From Ignavibacteriales bacterium (GTDB lineage Bacteria > Bacteroidota > Ignavibacteria > UBA10030), in the NCBI GenBank assembly GCA_016207415.1, contig JACQPT010000211.1, positions 1 to 58,044 on the forward strand: a stretch of 58,044 nucleotides of DNA. The letters run 5' to 3'. Positions 29,613 to 38,604 of this stretch are shown here, in pieces. The position numbers and the translations under genes were made by a program. The number at the start of each line of letters is the position of its first letter. Position 1 is the stretch's first letter. The notes under the pieces were generated by a model. That model did not search any database. It was not told where the DNA came from and saw only the letters and a list, made by a program, of their open reading frames with translations.

Positions 29613-32105
29613 CTACTTCACCTTCACCACCACAATCGTCATGTCATCGTGTTGCGGCGCTTTCCCAGCGAAAGATTTCATCTCGGCAAAGATCCCGTCG
29701 AGGATTTCTTTGGAAGTCCTGTCTGCGAGTTTTTCAACGGCTTTGAGCAGCCGTTCTTCGCCAAATTCTTCTTTCGCTTTGTTCATCGCTTCGGGAAAAC
29801 CGTCAGTATAAAATACAAACAAATCTCCCGCCTGAAAAGCGATTTTCTGTTGCTCAATGGAGCTGCTAAATTTTCTCCCGCCGTCGAGACCCAACGCAAG
29901 CCCCACAGGACTGATAAGCTCGACCTTCTTCGCTTGCGCTTTCCGTACGATGAGCGGGTTGTGCCCCGCCCGCGCGACCGTCACTGATCGTTTCCCAAGG
30001 TCGAAAATGCCGAACACAAGACTGATAAAAACTCCCCGATCGACGTTTTCGTAGAACAGGCTGTTCACTCGGGAGAGAACATCGGCGGGAGACTGCGAGA
30101 CCCTGGTAAGGGCGCGGAGAAAGCCTTTGGTCAGCGTCATGTAGAAAGCAGCCTGCGTGCCTTTGCCGGAAACATCGCCTACGGCTACACCCAATCGCTT
30201 TTTGTCGAGCTCGATGAAGTCATAGTAATCGCCGCCCACCTCAAGTGCCGGAGCGCAACGTGATGCAATATCGAGACTGTATGATGTTGGGTTCGATTTC
30301 GGCAAGAAACTCATTTGCACAGAGCGTGCGATCTCCAGTTCCTGCGTGAGCCGCTGTCGCTCAGAAATATAGCGGGCAAAAGCGGGTGTGATGGAATCCA
30401 AATCGACAACTGCATCCTTTGTTCCCACGGCAACAAAACCCCATGCCATCAACATCGTCCAGAGTGCAATGAGAATAGAGCCGGAGGCGGCATACGCCGG
30501 ATGGCCGGAGGAAATCAACAGTGCTGTATCGTTGAATACGGAAACCGTAACGAGAGAAATCATAGCCGTGAGAACATCAAACTTCAACATGCCTGCAAAC
30601 AGCACCACGCCGGTCAGTGCGAAGACAAGAACGCCGAACACAGCAGGCTGAACGTCCAGCAAGTTGGTCAATCCGTAGGCGAGGGCTGCGATCGGCAGAA
30701 AAATCCATGGCGATGCGATACGCTGTTTAAGAAAAGGCATCAGAAAGAGATAAAAGAAGACAAACGGATAGGCGTACACATACAGTTCGCGACTCACGAC
30801 CTGAAGGGCGGCATACGGGTGAGCGAAGAACCTCATGACCGCTTCGTGAGAAAAACCGGAGTTCACCGGCACAAACTGCTGAACCAACCAGAGCAGAAAC
30901 GTCCAGGCAGCGAGCGCAATGGCGCCTATACCGATGCCGCGAACGATGCTCGACCCGACGCGGGAATGACGAATGTACCCGGCACGCAGGATGTCCAGGG
31001 AAATAAACTTCTCCCTCCACGTCTCACGAACCAGAGACTCGCTGACAGCCCACAACAACAGGACACCTGCGCCTCCAAATCCTGCAATAAATGGGAGAGG
31101 AATGTACATCGTCCAATCTGCTTCCGGAGGAAGTTCAATGAAGAACTGGTAGCAGACAGCGACGGCGTAGATCACGCCGACGAACGTCCCTGTCCGGAAA
31201 CCAATTTCACTGGAACGAATGCGTTTGAAGACTGCGACGAGCATCAGAATAAACAATGCCACATACACGACAGCAAGAGCAATCCCACGCGTGCTTTCCA
31301 ATGGCTTCTTTTCAAACTCCTCCGGAACAACGTAGACAACCTTTGCAGAGGAAACGGCGTTGCCGGACAGAGTCACCCTCACTTCGATCTTGTCGTTCAG
31401 CTCCGGTGAATGAGTCGTCCACAAGAATTCATAGTCGGTGCGGTGGGGTTGCTCCGTCTTTTTCTGATTCTCGAATTTCAGCGGCTCAGATTGTCCGATG
31501 CGGAGTAAACCACCTGGTGCCGCTTCATGAGCAAAACCCGAGTCGGTAATCTCCTGATACTGGAGAAAACGATAGAGAAACTCACCGGCCAGCTTCCAGG
31601 CTTCTTCGGCGCTGACGGAGGGGATCTTTGTGCTGTCAGCGACTTTTCTTGTGGCTTCAAGGAGGCTTCCTGCCTGGCTGAACTTGAGGTTGATGTCTCC
31701 CTTAAGAGCGTCGATGATCTCGCGCGCGGCATCCCGTTGATCGTCATCCGACGAACTCATCGTAAAGGAGCTTAAAGAAAACGCCTTTCTTTTCTTGAAG
31801 TTCACTTCCCAAAAATAGCCGGGCACGACACTACGCAAGAGCTCGTTCGAGCGGGGACGGCCAAAGGTTTGCTCCGTCTGCCGGACGAGCGCTATGTTGG
31901 CTCTGAATTTTGTTTCGAGCGCCATCTCTGACGTGTTTACGCCAGCGCGGCTAAGAATCTCAGTTGCTTTTGCCTCAACGGCAGACGCATCAAGCGTCGG
32001 GTGAAGCCCGCTATAGGGATGAACAAAAGGATAGAATTGGAGGACGACGACGAACGAAACGATGGCAGCAAAGAGGTAAAGGAGAAGGCGTTTGATGTTG
32101 GCCAT
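29613..32105 (-). CDS. Membrane-anchored SpoIIE/PP2C-family protein phosphatase
   Basis: 830 aa. Large N-terminal region with about 10 TM segments. C-terminal PP2C core has EVGGDYYDF, GDVSGKG, ARAGHNP, FYTDG, DDMTIVVVKV. Confidence 0.85.
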   Translation of the reverse strand: MANIKRLLLYLFAAIVSFVVVLQFYPFVHPYSGLHPTLDASAVEAKATEILSRAGVNTSEMALETKFRANIALVRQTEQTFGRPRSNELLRSVVPGYFWEVNFKKRKAFSLSSFTMSSSDDDQRDAAREIIDALKGDINLKFSQAGSLLEATRKVADSTKIPSVSAEEAWKLAGEFLYRFLQYQEITDSGFAHEAAPGGLLRIGQSEPLKFENQKKTEQPHRTDYEFLWTTHSPELNDKIEVRVTLSGNAVSSAKVVYVVPEEFEKKPLESTRGIALAVVYVALFILMLVAVFKRIRSSEIGFRTGTFVGVIYAVAVCYQFFIELPPEADWTMYIPLPFIAGFGGAGVLLLWAVSESLVRETWREKFISLDILRAGYIRHSRVGSSIVRGIGIGAIALAAWTFLLWLVQQFVPVNSGFSHEAVMRFFAHPYAALQVVSRELYVYAYPFVFFYLFLMPFLKQRIASPWIFLPIAALAYGLTNLLDVQPAVFGVLVFALTGVVLFAGMLKFDVLTAMISLVTVSVFNDTALLISSGHPAYAASGSILIALWTMLMAWGFVAVGTKDAVVDLDSITPAFARYISERQRLTQELEIARSVQMSFLPKSNPTSYSLDIASRCAPALEVGGDYYDFIELDKKRLGVAVGDVSGKGTQAAFYMTLTKGFLRALTRVSQSPADVLSRVNSLFYENVDRGVFISLVFGIFDLGKRSVTVARAGHNPLIVRKAQAKKVELISPVGLALGLDGGRKFSSSIEQQKIAFQAGDLFVFYTDGFPEAMNKAKEEFGEERLLKAVEKLADRTSKEILDGIFAEMKSFAGKAPQHDDMTIVVVKVK

Positions 32106-32158
32106 TCAGAAAAGATCAATCAGCGGGAGAGAAGGGCTCTCTGTTCAGTGAGAGGGTA

Positions 32159-32434
32159 TCAGGACGTTCCCGTTTTGACCGCTTTTGAAAGTTCGTCCTC
32201 GATGAATTTGCGCACGGCCGGTTTCAGGTACACTTCTTCAATGCCGACCTCAGCAAGCCCCTGTGCGAGAACGGATGCTCGTTTGGGTGCGGGGAGCTTC
32301 TTGTTGATGACAATGAGTCTCTCGGTTTTGAGAACGCAGAATCCTCCTTCGAAATCTCCTTTTTCATAACGGATGCCGATGGAGCTGCGGGTGGCGAGTT
32401 CTTCGAGTTCTTTCAGGATTTCGTCTTGAGTCAT
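32159..32434 (-). CDS. Small hypothetical protein (91 aa)
   Basis: Compact ORF immediately downstream of the phosphatase gene. I recognise no motif. Confidence 0.4.
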   Translation of the reverse strand: MTQDEILKELEELATRSSIGIRYEKGDFEGGFCVLKTERLIVINKKLPAPKRASVLAQGLAEVGIEEVYLKPAVRKFIEDELSKAVKTGTS

Positions 32435-32508
32435 AGTCTGGTAGGAAAGCTACCTTTTACGAAGAGCTGTCAGGCAAAAAGGTAACCTTCTGGCTGCAAC
32501 AACTTATT

Positions 32509-33489
32509 CTATTTTGCGGAGAGTTTCAAGGAGGAGGCTGGAGAAGCAGCATGTCCTTTCGTCCACCACGCGATAATTCTCTCGCCCGTCCACAACGTTA
32601 TCCAGCAGAACATCACTCCGGCGATGACGTCAATGACGTAATGATACCTGAGGTATACCGTGCCGATAATGAGCAATGTCCCCAGCGAAAGCAACAACCA
32701 GCGGGAGTTCAGTTTCCGTTGGAATGCTTGCACAAGCACAATCAGCGTAAGCTGCGTATGGCCGCTCGGAAAAACATCGCGCTGAACGAAATCGACAGGG
32801 TTCGGAATATTCCTTGGTATCGATTCGCCAGCATCAATAATGGCCCGAAGGGTCTCGGTGAGGAAAAGTCCGGGAAGTTCAGTATTGATCTGTGAAAACT
32901 CGTGCAAAACAAACCTCGGACCGACGGCGGGAAGAAGAAAATATCCCAAGTAGGAAAGATAAAAACCGTAGACAATCATAAACGCCGCGCGGTCGAATTC
33001 TTTGACCGGAAACCTCCTGTAAATCTCAACGCCGAGGATAATAAAAAGAAGGTAATACGAAAAATAGCCGACCTGGAGTATCTCTGTGACCACGGGATGC
33101 GAGAATTGATAAAGCAATTCTGTGGGGTTGATGCCAAACATCCACCTGTCAATTGAGATAAACAGTCGATCGTAGTCGACGGGATGAATCGGTTGCACCA
33201 TCAAATGCAATTCCTTGAACACAAAAAGCACAATCGGATAACAATACCACCGATGAAGACCAACCAGAAGCCGCGTTTTCTTTGTTTCGGCAGCCCAAGC
33301 CAGCGCAACAATCAATAGACTGACGGCGACGTTGACGAGCGAGATTTCCAGCCAATGAACGACGCGAGGTGCGAAAATGAGGTTCAGACAGATGAGAAGC
33401 GCCAGAAACGAAATGGAGACGAAATCGAGAGGTGTAAGAAAAGAGCGAAGCTTAAGCATGAAAACAACTGTGGGGAGTGATGGATTCAT
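32509..33489 (-). CDS. PAP2-superfamily membrane phosphatase/transferase
   Basis: Multi-TM protein with PAP2 motifs FPSGHT and RYHYVIDVIAG. Confidence 0.75.
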   Translation of the reverse strand: MNPSLPTVVFMLKLRSFLTPLDFVSISFLALLICLNLIFAPRVVHWLEISLVNVAVSLLIVALAWAAETKKTRLLVGLHRWYCYPIVLFVFKELHLMVQPIHPVDYDRLFISIDRWMFGINPTELLYQFSHPVVTEILQVGYFSYYLLFIILGVEIYRRFPVKEFDRAAFMIVYGFYLSYLGYFLLPAVGPRFVLHEFSQINTELPGLFLTETLRAIIDAGESIPRNIPNPVDFVQRDVFPSGHTQLTLIVLVQAFQRKLNSRWLLLSLGTLLIIGTVYLRYHYVIDVIAGVMFCWITLWTGERIIAWWTKGHAASPASSLKLSAK

Positions 33490-33515
33490 GGAGCAATGGA
33501 TTGCTGGAGATGAGG
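33472..33515 (+). repeat. 8-nt-periodic TGGA array, copy d
   Basis: Plus strand reads GGGGAGTG ATGGATTC ATGGAGCA ATGGATTG CTGGAGAT GAGG. It overlaps the PAP2 start codon on the opposite strand. Confidence 0.6.
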
Positions 33516-33548
33516 TGGCACCATGTGGCTTGCTTGCCAGCTGTTCCC

Positions 33549-33588
33549 TGCCTCATTAATCCAACAATCCAATCATCCACTGATCCAG
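33549..33588 (-). repeat. 8-nt-periodic TGGA array, copy e (head-to-head with copy d)
   Basis: Minus strand reads CTGGATCA GTGGATGA TTGGATTG TTGGATTA ATGAGGCA. Confidence 0.6.
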
Positions 33589-33603
33589 ATAGCTTTATCC
33601 CTG

Positions 33604-35040
33604 CTATAGCCATTGAAGCAGCAGTGTTGCAATGGAAAGAAAAATCGTAATGCCGACGACGTCTTGAAAGGCTGTTTCAAAAGGTCCGGCGGTGATTGCG
33701 GGGTCGAAGCCAAGTCCTTTCGAGATCATCGGTGTTACCGTTCCGACGAAGCCGGATATGTTTATGGAAATAAACATCGAGATGCCGACAGCGAACCCGA
33801 ACACCCAACGGCCGTGCCAAATTCCGCCCACAGTTGCAAGGGCGAGCCCGCAAACAGAGCCGATAATGAGTGTCGTTTGAAACTGGCGTGCGACGGGGAC
33901 CCACCAATTCTTGATGTTGATCGTGCCGGTGGCGATCCCGCGCACAATCATCGCAGCCGATTGGAGCCCGGTGTTGCCCGAAATGGCAGATATAATCGGC
34001 ATGAACGACGCAAGAAGGATCACCTGTGAAAGGGTTTTGTCGAATTGATGCACGACGACGCCTGCAAACATTTCTAGCACAAGCGTAATGAGCACCCAGG
34101 GAAGCCGTAGAAAGGCAATTTGGGCTGGAGACCTTCGCTCGAGCTCCACCGCCTCCGAACCCACGAGTCTGGCGACATCCTCCTCATGTTCTTCTTCAAT
34201 GACGTCAACAATGTCATCGACAGTAATACGGCCCAGAAGTTTTCCGGCCTTGTCTGTGACAGGGATGGACACGATTCCGTATTTTTTCACAATCCGCGCA
34301 ACTTCTTCCTGGTCAACGTCTGTCGTGACGCTGATGACATCCCGATTCATGATCTTATGCACGCGACGGTTTGGAGCGTGGATCAGCAAATCCTGAAGAG
34401 GGATGTGGCCGACGAGAATACCATTGTCGTCCGTAATGTAGACGCTGTACACATTCTTGTGGCTTTTGGCGAACTCGCGGACTTCCATGATCGCTTTCTT
34501 CACCGTGTCTTTGTAATTGACGTCGGCGGTTTCTTTCTCCATGATGCCGCCGGCTGTCCGCTCGTCGTAATGAAGAAGTTCCTCGACACGCGAGGACTCG
34601 CGGACGTCCATTTTTGCAAGAATCTCGGTCGCTTCCTCCTCCGGCAGGAGTCCGACAATGTCGGCAGCATCATCGGAAGCCATGCCACGGAGGATTTCTT
34701 GAAGGCGGGGTCTGTCGAGCTTCTTCAGAAGGTCTTCGCGATGACTTTCATCGAGGTGCAGTAGTGTCTCGCCAGCAACTTGATCAGGTAGCAAGCCAAA
34801 GACATATTCTGCCTGGTCATTTTCCAGCCGATTCATAATATGCGCAATGTCGGCAGGATACAGATCTTGGATGATGTTCAGCAGCAGGAAGTCCGACTTG
34901 GACCGGACCAGTTCCTCGATGTCGCCCATCAGCTCATCATCCACTTCAATAAGTTCGCGTGGAGGAGAAGGGGAAAGGTCGGTCTGTTCGTCGAGTTCAG
35001 GCACAGGGAGAAATGGGAAGCACTTTTTCGTGGACCGCAC
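33604..35040 (-). CDS. mgtE: Magnesium transporter MgtE
   Basis: MgtE_N domain, tandem CBS domains and a 5-TM channel domain (PFETAFQDVVG). GTG start preceded by GGAGG. Confidence 0.9.
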   Translation of the reverse strand: MRSTKKCFPFLPVPELDEQTDLSPSPPRELIEVDDELMGDIEELVRSKSDFLLLNIIQDLYPADIAHIMNRLENDQAEYVFGLLPDQVAGETLLHLDESHREDLLKKLDRPRLQEILRGMASDDAADIVGLLPEEEATEILAKMDVRESSRVEELLHYDERTAGGIMEKETADVNYKDTVKKAIMEVREFAKSHKNVYSVYITDDNGILVGHIPLQDLLIHAPNRRVHKIMNRDVISVTTDVDQEEVARIVKKYGIVSIPVTDKAGKLLGRITVDDIVDVIEEEHEEDVARLVGSEAVELERRSPAQIAFLRLPWVLITLVLEMFAGVVVHQFDKTLSQVILLASFMPIISAISGNTGLQSAAMIVRGIATGTINIKNWWVPVARQFQTTLIIGSVCGLALATVGGIWHGRWVFGFAVGISMFISINISGFVGTVTPMISKGLGFDPAITAGPFETAFQDVVGITIFLSIATLLLQWL

Positions 35041-35088
35041 CTCGCCTCCCCTTTGAGGGGAAGGGGGATACGGTCTGAGAATGTTGAT

Positions 35089-35880
35089 TTAAAATTTCAA
35101 CGACGCTTCTGATAAATACGGCTCCAGCTGCTTTGTGAGATGGAGAAAATCCTCCAACGTTAATTCTTCCGGTCGCCTCTTTAAATCAAACTGGATGTTA
35201 TTTAGTTGTTCTTCAGAAAATTTCAAGTCTTTGAGCCCGTTTCTCAAAGTCTTGCGACGCTTGCCAAATGTTGAGCGCACGACGTTCTTCAAAAGCCTCA
35301 TATTGCAGCTGGGCAAAGCTTTCGAGAAATCTAGATGAACGACAGCTGAATCGACATTGGGTTTTGGGAAAAAACAATTGCGCGAAACCTTGAAAAGAAT
35401 TCTCGGTCTGGCATGCAGTTGCGTAAAAACGCTGAGAATCCCGTATTCTTTTGACTTTGGTTTTGCCGTAAGGCGTTGTGCAACTTCGAGCTGCATCATC
35501 AACGTGGCATCGGCGACGCTCTCTTTCTGGTCAAAAAGCCAAAACAGGATTTCGCTGGTGATATAGTAGGGGATGTTACCGACGACGCGAAGGTCTTTGC
35601 CGGGAACGAGATCGACCAGGCGGACTTGCAACACGTCTTCGTTAATGATTCGGAATTCTCCTCCGAAGGCCTCCCGGAGGAAATCAACTGCTCTCGCGTC
35701 AACCTCGATGCCGATGACACTCCTGGCATGCTCAAGAACAAGTTTTGTCAGTGCCCCTTTCCCGGGGCCTATCTCCACGACAACATCGGTGCTCTTCAAC
35801 CGGAAGGCTTGAATGATCTTTCGGGCAACGTTTTCGTCTTTGAGAAAGTGTTGTCCGAGAGATTTTTTTGGCGCGATCAT
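35089..35880 (-). CDS. rsmA: 16S rRNA (adenine1518/1519-N6)-dimethyltransferase
   Basis: KKSLGQHFL, VVEIGPGKGALT, VGNIPYYITS. Confidence 0.9.
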   Translation of the reverse strand: MIAPKKSLGQHFLKDENVARKIIQAFRLKSTDVVVEIGPGKGALTKLVLEHARSVIGIEVDARAVDFLREAFGGEFRIINEDVLQVRLVDLVPGKDLRVVGNIPYYITSEILFWLFDQKESVADATLMMQLEVAQRLTAKPKSKEYGILSVFTQLHARPRILFKVSRNCFFPKPNVDSAVVHLDFSKALPSCNMRLLKNVVRSTFGKRRKTLRNGLKDLKFSEEQLNNIQFDLKRRPEELTLEDFLHLTKQLEPYLSEASLKF

Positions 35881-36020
35881 CAGACCGGGAAGGCGAGTGC
35901 AATATACCGAACAGCGCAGGGAATTTCAATGAAAGAGTTCCTGGATCTTTCGTTTTCTCGGCCATCGAAGGTCGTTGCATCTCGCTCGATTTTCTTTTAC
36001 TTTGACCCCGTCCTCCGCGC

Positions 36021-36998
36021 ATGCCGAAAGACAAAACCAACAACGTTGTCGCAAAAGCCTCAGCGAAGTTCCCTTCTGTTTCCGTAATTGTGCCGCTTCG
36101 GGACGAAGAGGAATCGCTGCCGGAATTACATTCTCACCTACGGGCAGTCCTCAGCAGAATGAAGGTGAAGTATGAGGTGATTTTTATCGATGACGGCAGT
36201 GTTGACGGATCGTTCCAAGTCCTTCAGGAGCTCCATAACCGGTATCCCGCCGTGAAAGTTATCAGGTTCCGAAGGAATTTCGGGAAATCCGCCGCCCTTT
36301 CGGTCGGTTTCAAGGAAGCAAAAGGCGACTACGTGATTACAATGGACGCAGATCTTCAGGATGACCCCGAGGAAATTCCGGGCCTCATAGCGGCACTGGG
36401 GAATGACTACGACCTCGCTTCCGGCTGGAAAAAGAAACGCTTTGATCCGATAACGAAAACAATCCCATCCCGATTCTTCAACTTCGTTACTGCAAAACTC
36501 ACCGGCATTCCCATCCATGATTTTAATTGCGGCTTGAAAGCATATCGGCGGGAGGTTGTCAAAGAAATCAACGTGTACGGAGAATTGCACCGATACATTC
36601 CGGCGCTTGTGCATTGGGCTGGATACCGGGTGACTGAAAGGACGGTACAGCATCACCCCCGCAAGTACGGTCGGACCAAATTCGGCGTGAGCCGATTTTT
36701 CAATGGATTTCTTGACCTCCTCACTGTCCTGTTCACGACGCACTACATCCGGCGGCCGCTGCATCTGTTCGGCGTGTGGGGAATGGTTTCTTTCGTCACC
36801 GGGGTTGCCATTGACGGGTATCTTTCGTATGAGTGGTTTGCGGGAAGGACATCGTTGAGCAATCGTCCGCTGTTTCTTGTTGGTTTCCTCTTTATCATTA
36901 TCGGCATTCAATTTGTCTCCATCGGCCTACTCGGCGAAATGATTTCGCGCCAGCAGCGGGACGAGGAAGTGTACTCTATCCGTGAGATGTTGAAATAG
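36021..36998 (+). CDS. GT2 polyprenyl-phosphate glycosyltransferase (GtrB/ArnC/DPM1-like)
   Basis: VSVIVPLRDEEESL...IFIDDGSVDGS...MDADLQDDPEE, plus two C-terminal TM helices. Confidence 0.8.
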   Translation: MPKDKTNNVVAKASAKFPSVSVIVPLRDEEESLPELHSHLRAVLSRMKVKYEVIFIDDGSVDGSFQVLQELHNRYPAVKVIRFRRNFGKSAALSVGFKEAKGDYVITMDADLQDDPEEIPGLIAALGNDYDLASGWKKKRFDPITKTIPSRFFNFVTAKLTGIPIHDFNCGLKAYRREVVKEINVYGELHRYIPALVHWAGYRVTERTVQHHPRKYGRTKFGVSRFFNGFLDLLTVLFTTHYIRRPLHLFGVWGMVSFVTGVAIDGYLSYEWFAGRTSLSNRPLFLVGFLFIIIGIQFVSIGLLGEMISRQQRDEEVYSIREMLK

Positions 36999-37008
36999 CC
37001 AGTCTTGC

Positions 37009-38604
37009 ATGGCGAAGCAGTCGAAAGTCCACTCTCCACAAACATCCCTTTTTCCTTTTCTTTCAAATATCATTGAACACCCGAGGGCGGGGATCATGAT
37101 TGCCGGAGTCTATTTTGTCGTTATGTCATACATCGGACTGAAATACCACATCGTTGGCGATTACAACGTCGAAACAGATTTCTATTGGCTCTACGTACCA
37201 AACGCTAAAGAGATCCTTGGTGGCCATGTGCTCATAGAAGAATTTCGCGGTCCGGCGTACCCGGCTTTTCTTGCGGTCGTGGGTGTTGTGTTGAAAGATT
37301 TCTTCCGCTCCGGGATAATTCTGTCGACGCTCGCAGCTTCCTTTGTGCTCTTTTTCGCTTTTGAAACTCTTAAAAAACTCTTCCGGGCTGACCTTGCCCT
37401 TGTCGCGACTACGCTCACTGCGGTCAATGCCACCTTCGTTCAGTACACTTACACTGCGGGGACCGACATGGTTTTTAACGCCCTCGTGGCAGCTTCCGCG
37501 TTTTTTCTATTTCGCAAGGAGGAACGAACGAAGTCTGACCTCGTGATTTTTTCCGTTGCCGCTGGCGTTGCCTATCTGACGAGATACAACGGGATTTTCG
37601 TCGTCGTGGCAATTTCGATTATTTTCTTGTTGTTGAATCAGCACAGGCTTGCATTGCGCGAGAAATTCAAAAACACGACGATGACGCTGGGAATATTTCT
37701 CGCAACGATTACACCCTGGGGAATCTATTGCCTCATCGAGAAAGGGAGCTTCTTCTACAATCGCAACTATCTGAACATCGCGTATGAAATGTTTGCAAAA
37801 GGAAAAATTTCGTGGGACCAATACTGGATGGTTGAAGCGAGCAAATTTTCTTCTCTCCCGCAGGTCATTCTCGCGGATCCCGCGTTGTTTGCCGGAACCG
37901 TCGTCTCGAATCTCTATGAACATTTTGTGAACGACCTCAGATTGTTGCTCGGGTTTCATCTGGGAGTGTTCGTCGTTGCAGGAATTTTCTTGTACATTAA
38001 AGAGAAGCCCACAACGCGCCAACTAAGCTATTTTACATTTGGCCTGTGTTTCTTTCTGGTGTTGTTGCTCGTCTTTTATGGTGAGCGATTCTCACTGTTC
38101 TTGATACCTGTCTATGCTTCCCTAGCGCTCAAGGCTCTCTCATGGCAACGGCTTTCCCGGCTGAGATTCTGGAACGGGGTCCACGCGGGAGCTTTTGTTT
38201 CATGGATTCTCATTACTTGGAGTGCGGCTGATTCGATCACGTTCAATAAGGCGAACATCAATTCTGGTCCGCAGGAAATCCCCGTCATTGCGGAGACTTT
38301 CAGGAAAAACTACGGCGACTCAGATCGAGGAAAAATCATCCTTACTCGAAAGCCGCATATTGCCTACTATCTCGACATGACAATGCGGACATTTCCGTAT
38401 GTCGACAACTGGGAAGAGCTAAAGGCAGAGGCAAGAAGCTTACATGCATCGTACTTATTCTATGGAATGATGGAGGCTGGCCTGCGGCCTCAATTCCGGG
38501 AGCTTTTGGACCCCCGGAGGGCCCCCGAATGGCTGAAGCCCATGACGTACACAGTTTCGCCTCCGGCTGTCTTGTACAAAGTTTCGCTACCGGGACTCGA
38601 ATGA
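37009..38604 (+). CDS. GT-C fold membrane glycosyltransferase (ArnT/PMT, GT39/83-like)
   Basis: 531 aa with about 12 TM segments. Acidic first-loop motif VGDYNVETDFYW. Lies 11 nt downstream of the GtrB-like gene. Confidence 0.55.
   Translation: MAKQSKVHSPQTSLFPFLSNIIEHPRAGIMIAGVYFVVMSYIGLKYHIVGDYNVETDFYWLYVPNAKEILGGHVLIEEFRGPAYPAFLAVVGVVLKDFFRSGIILSTLAASFVLFFAFETLKKLFRADLALVATTLTAVNATFVQYTYTAGTDMVFNALVAASAFFLFRKEERTKSDLVIFSVAAGVAYLTRYNGIFVVVAISIIFLLLNQHRLALREKFKNTTMTLGIFLATITPWGIYCLIEKGSFFYNRNYLNIAYEMFAKGKISWDQYWMVEASKFSSLPQVILADPALFAGTVVSNLYEHFVNDLRLLLGFHLGVFVVAGIFLYIKEKPTTRQLSYFTFGLCFFLVLLLVFYGERFSLFLIPVYASLALKALSWQRLSRLRFWNGVHAGAFVSWILITWSAADSITFNKANINSGPQEIPVIAETFRKNYGDSDRGKIILTRKPHIAYYLDMTMRTFPYVDNWEELKAEARSLHASYLFYGMMEAGLRPQFRELLDPRRAPEWLKPMTYTVSPPAVLYKVSLPGLE

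Noticed and set aside
30315-31409. Very long antisense ORFs. The longest is 364 aa here; others are 15909-16757, 8095-8793, 53973-54854, 36138-36911 and 19032-19697.
   Set aside because: For the five I checked (all but 19032-19697), the ORF is in exact codon register with the sense gene on the other strand, for example (30315-29613) mod 3 = 0. Stops in that frame require sense TTA/CTA/TCA codons, which this genome appears to avoid. The translations are low-complexity and Arg/His-rich, and the sense genes have clear family motifs. I take them as shadow ORFs.
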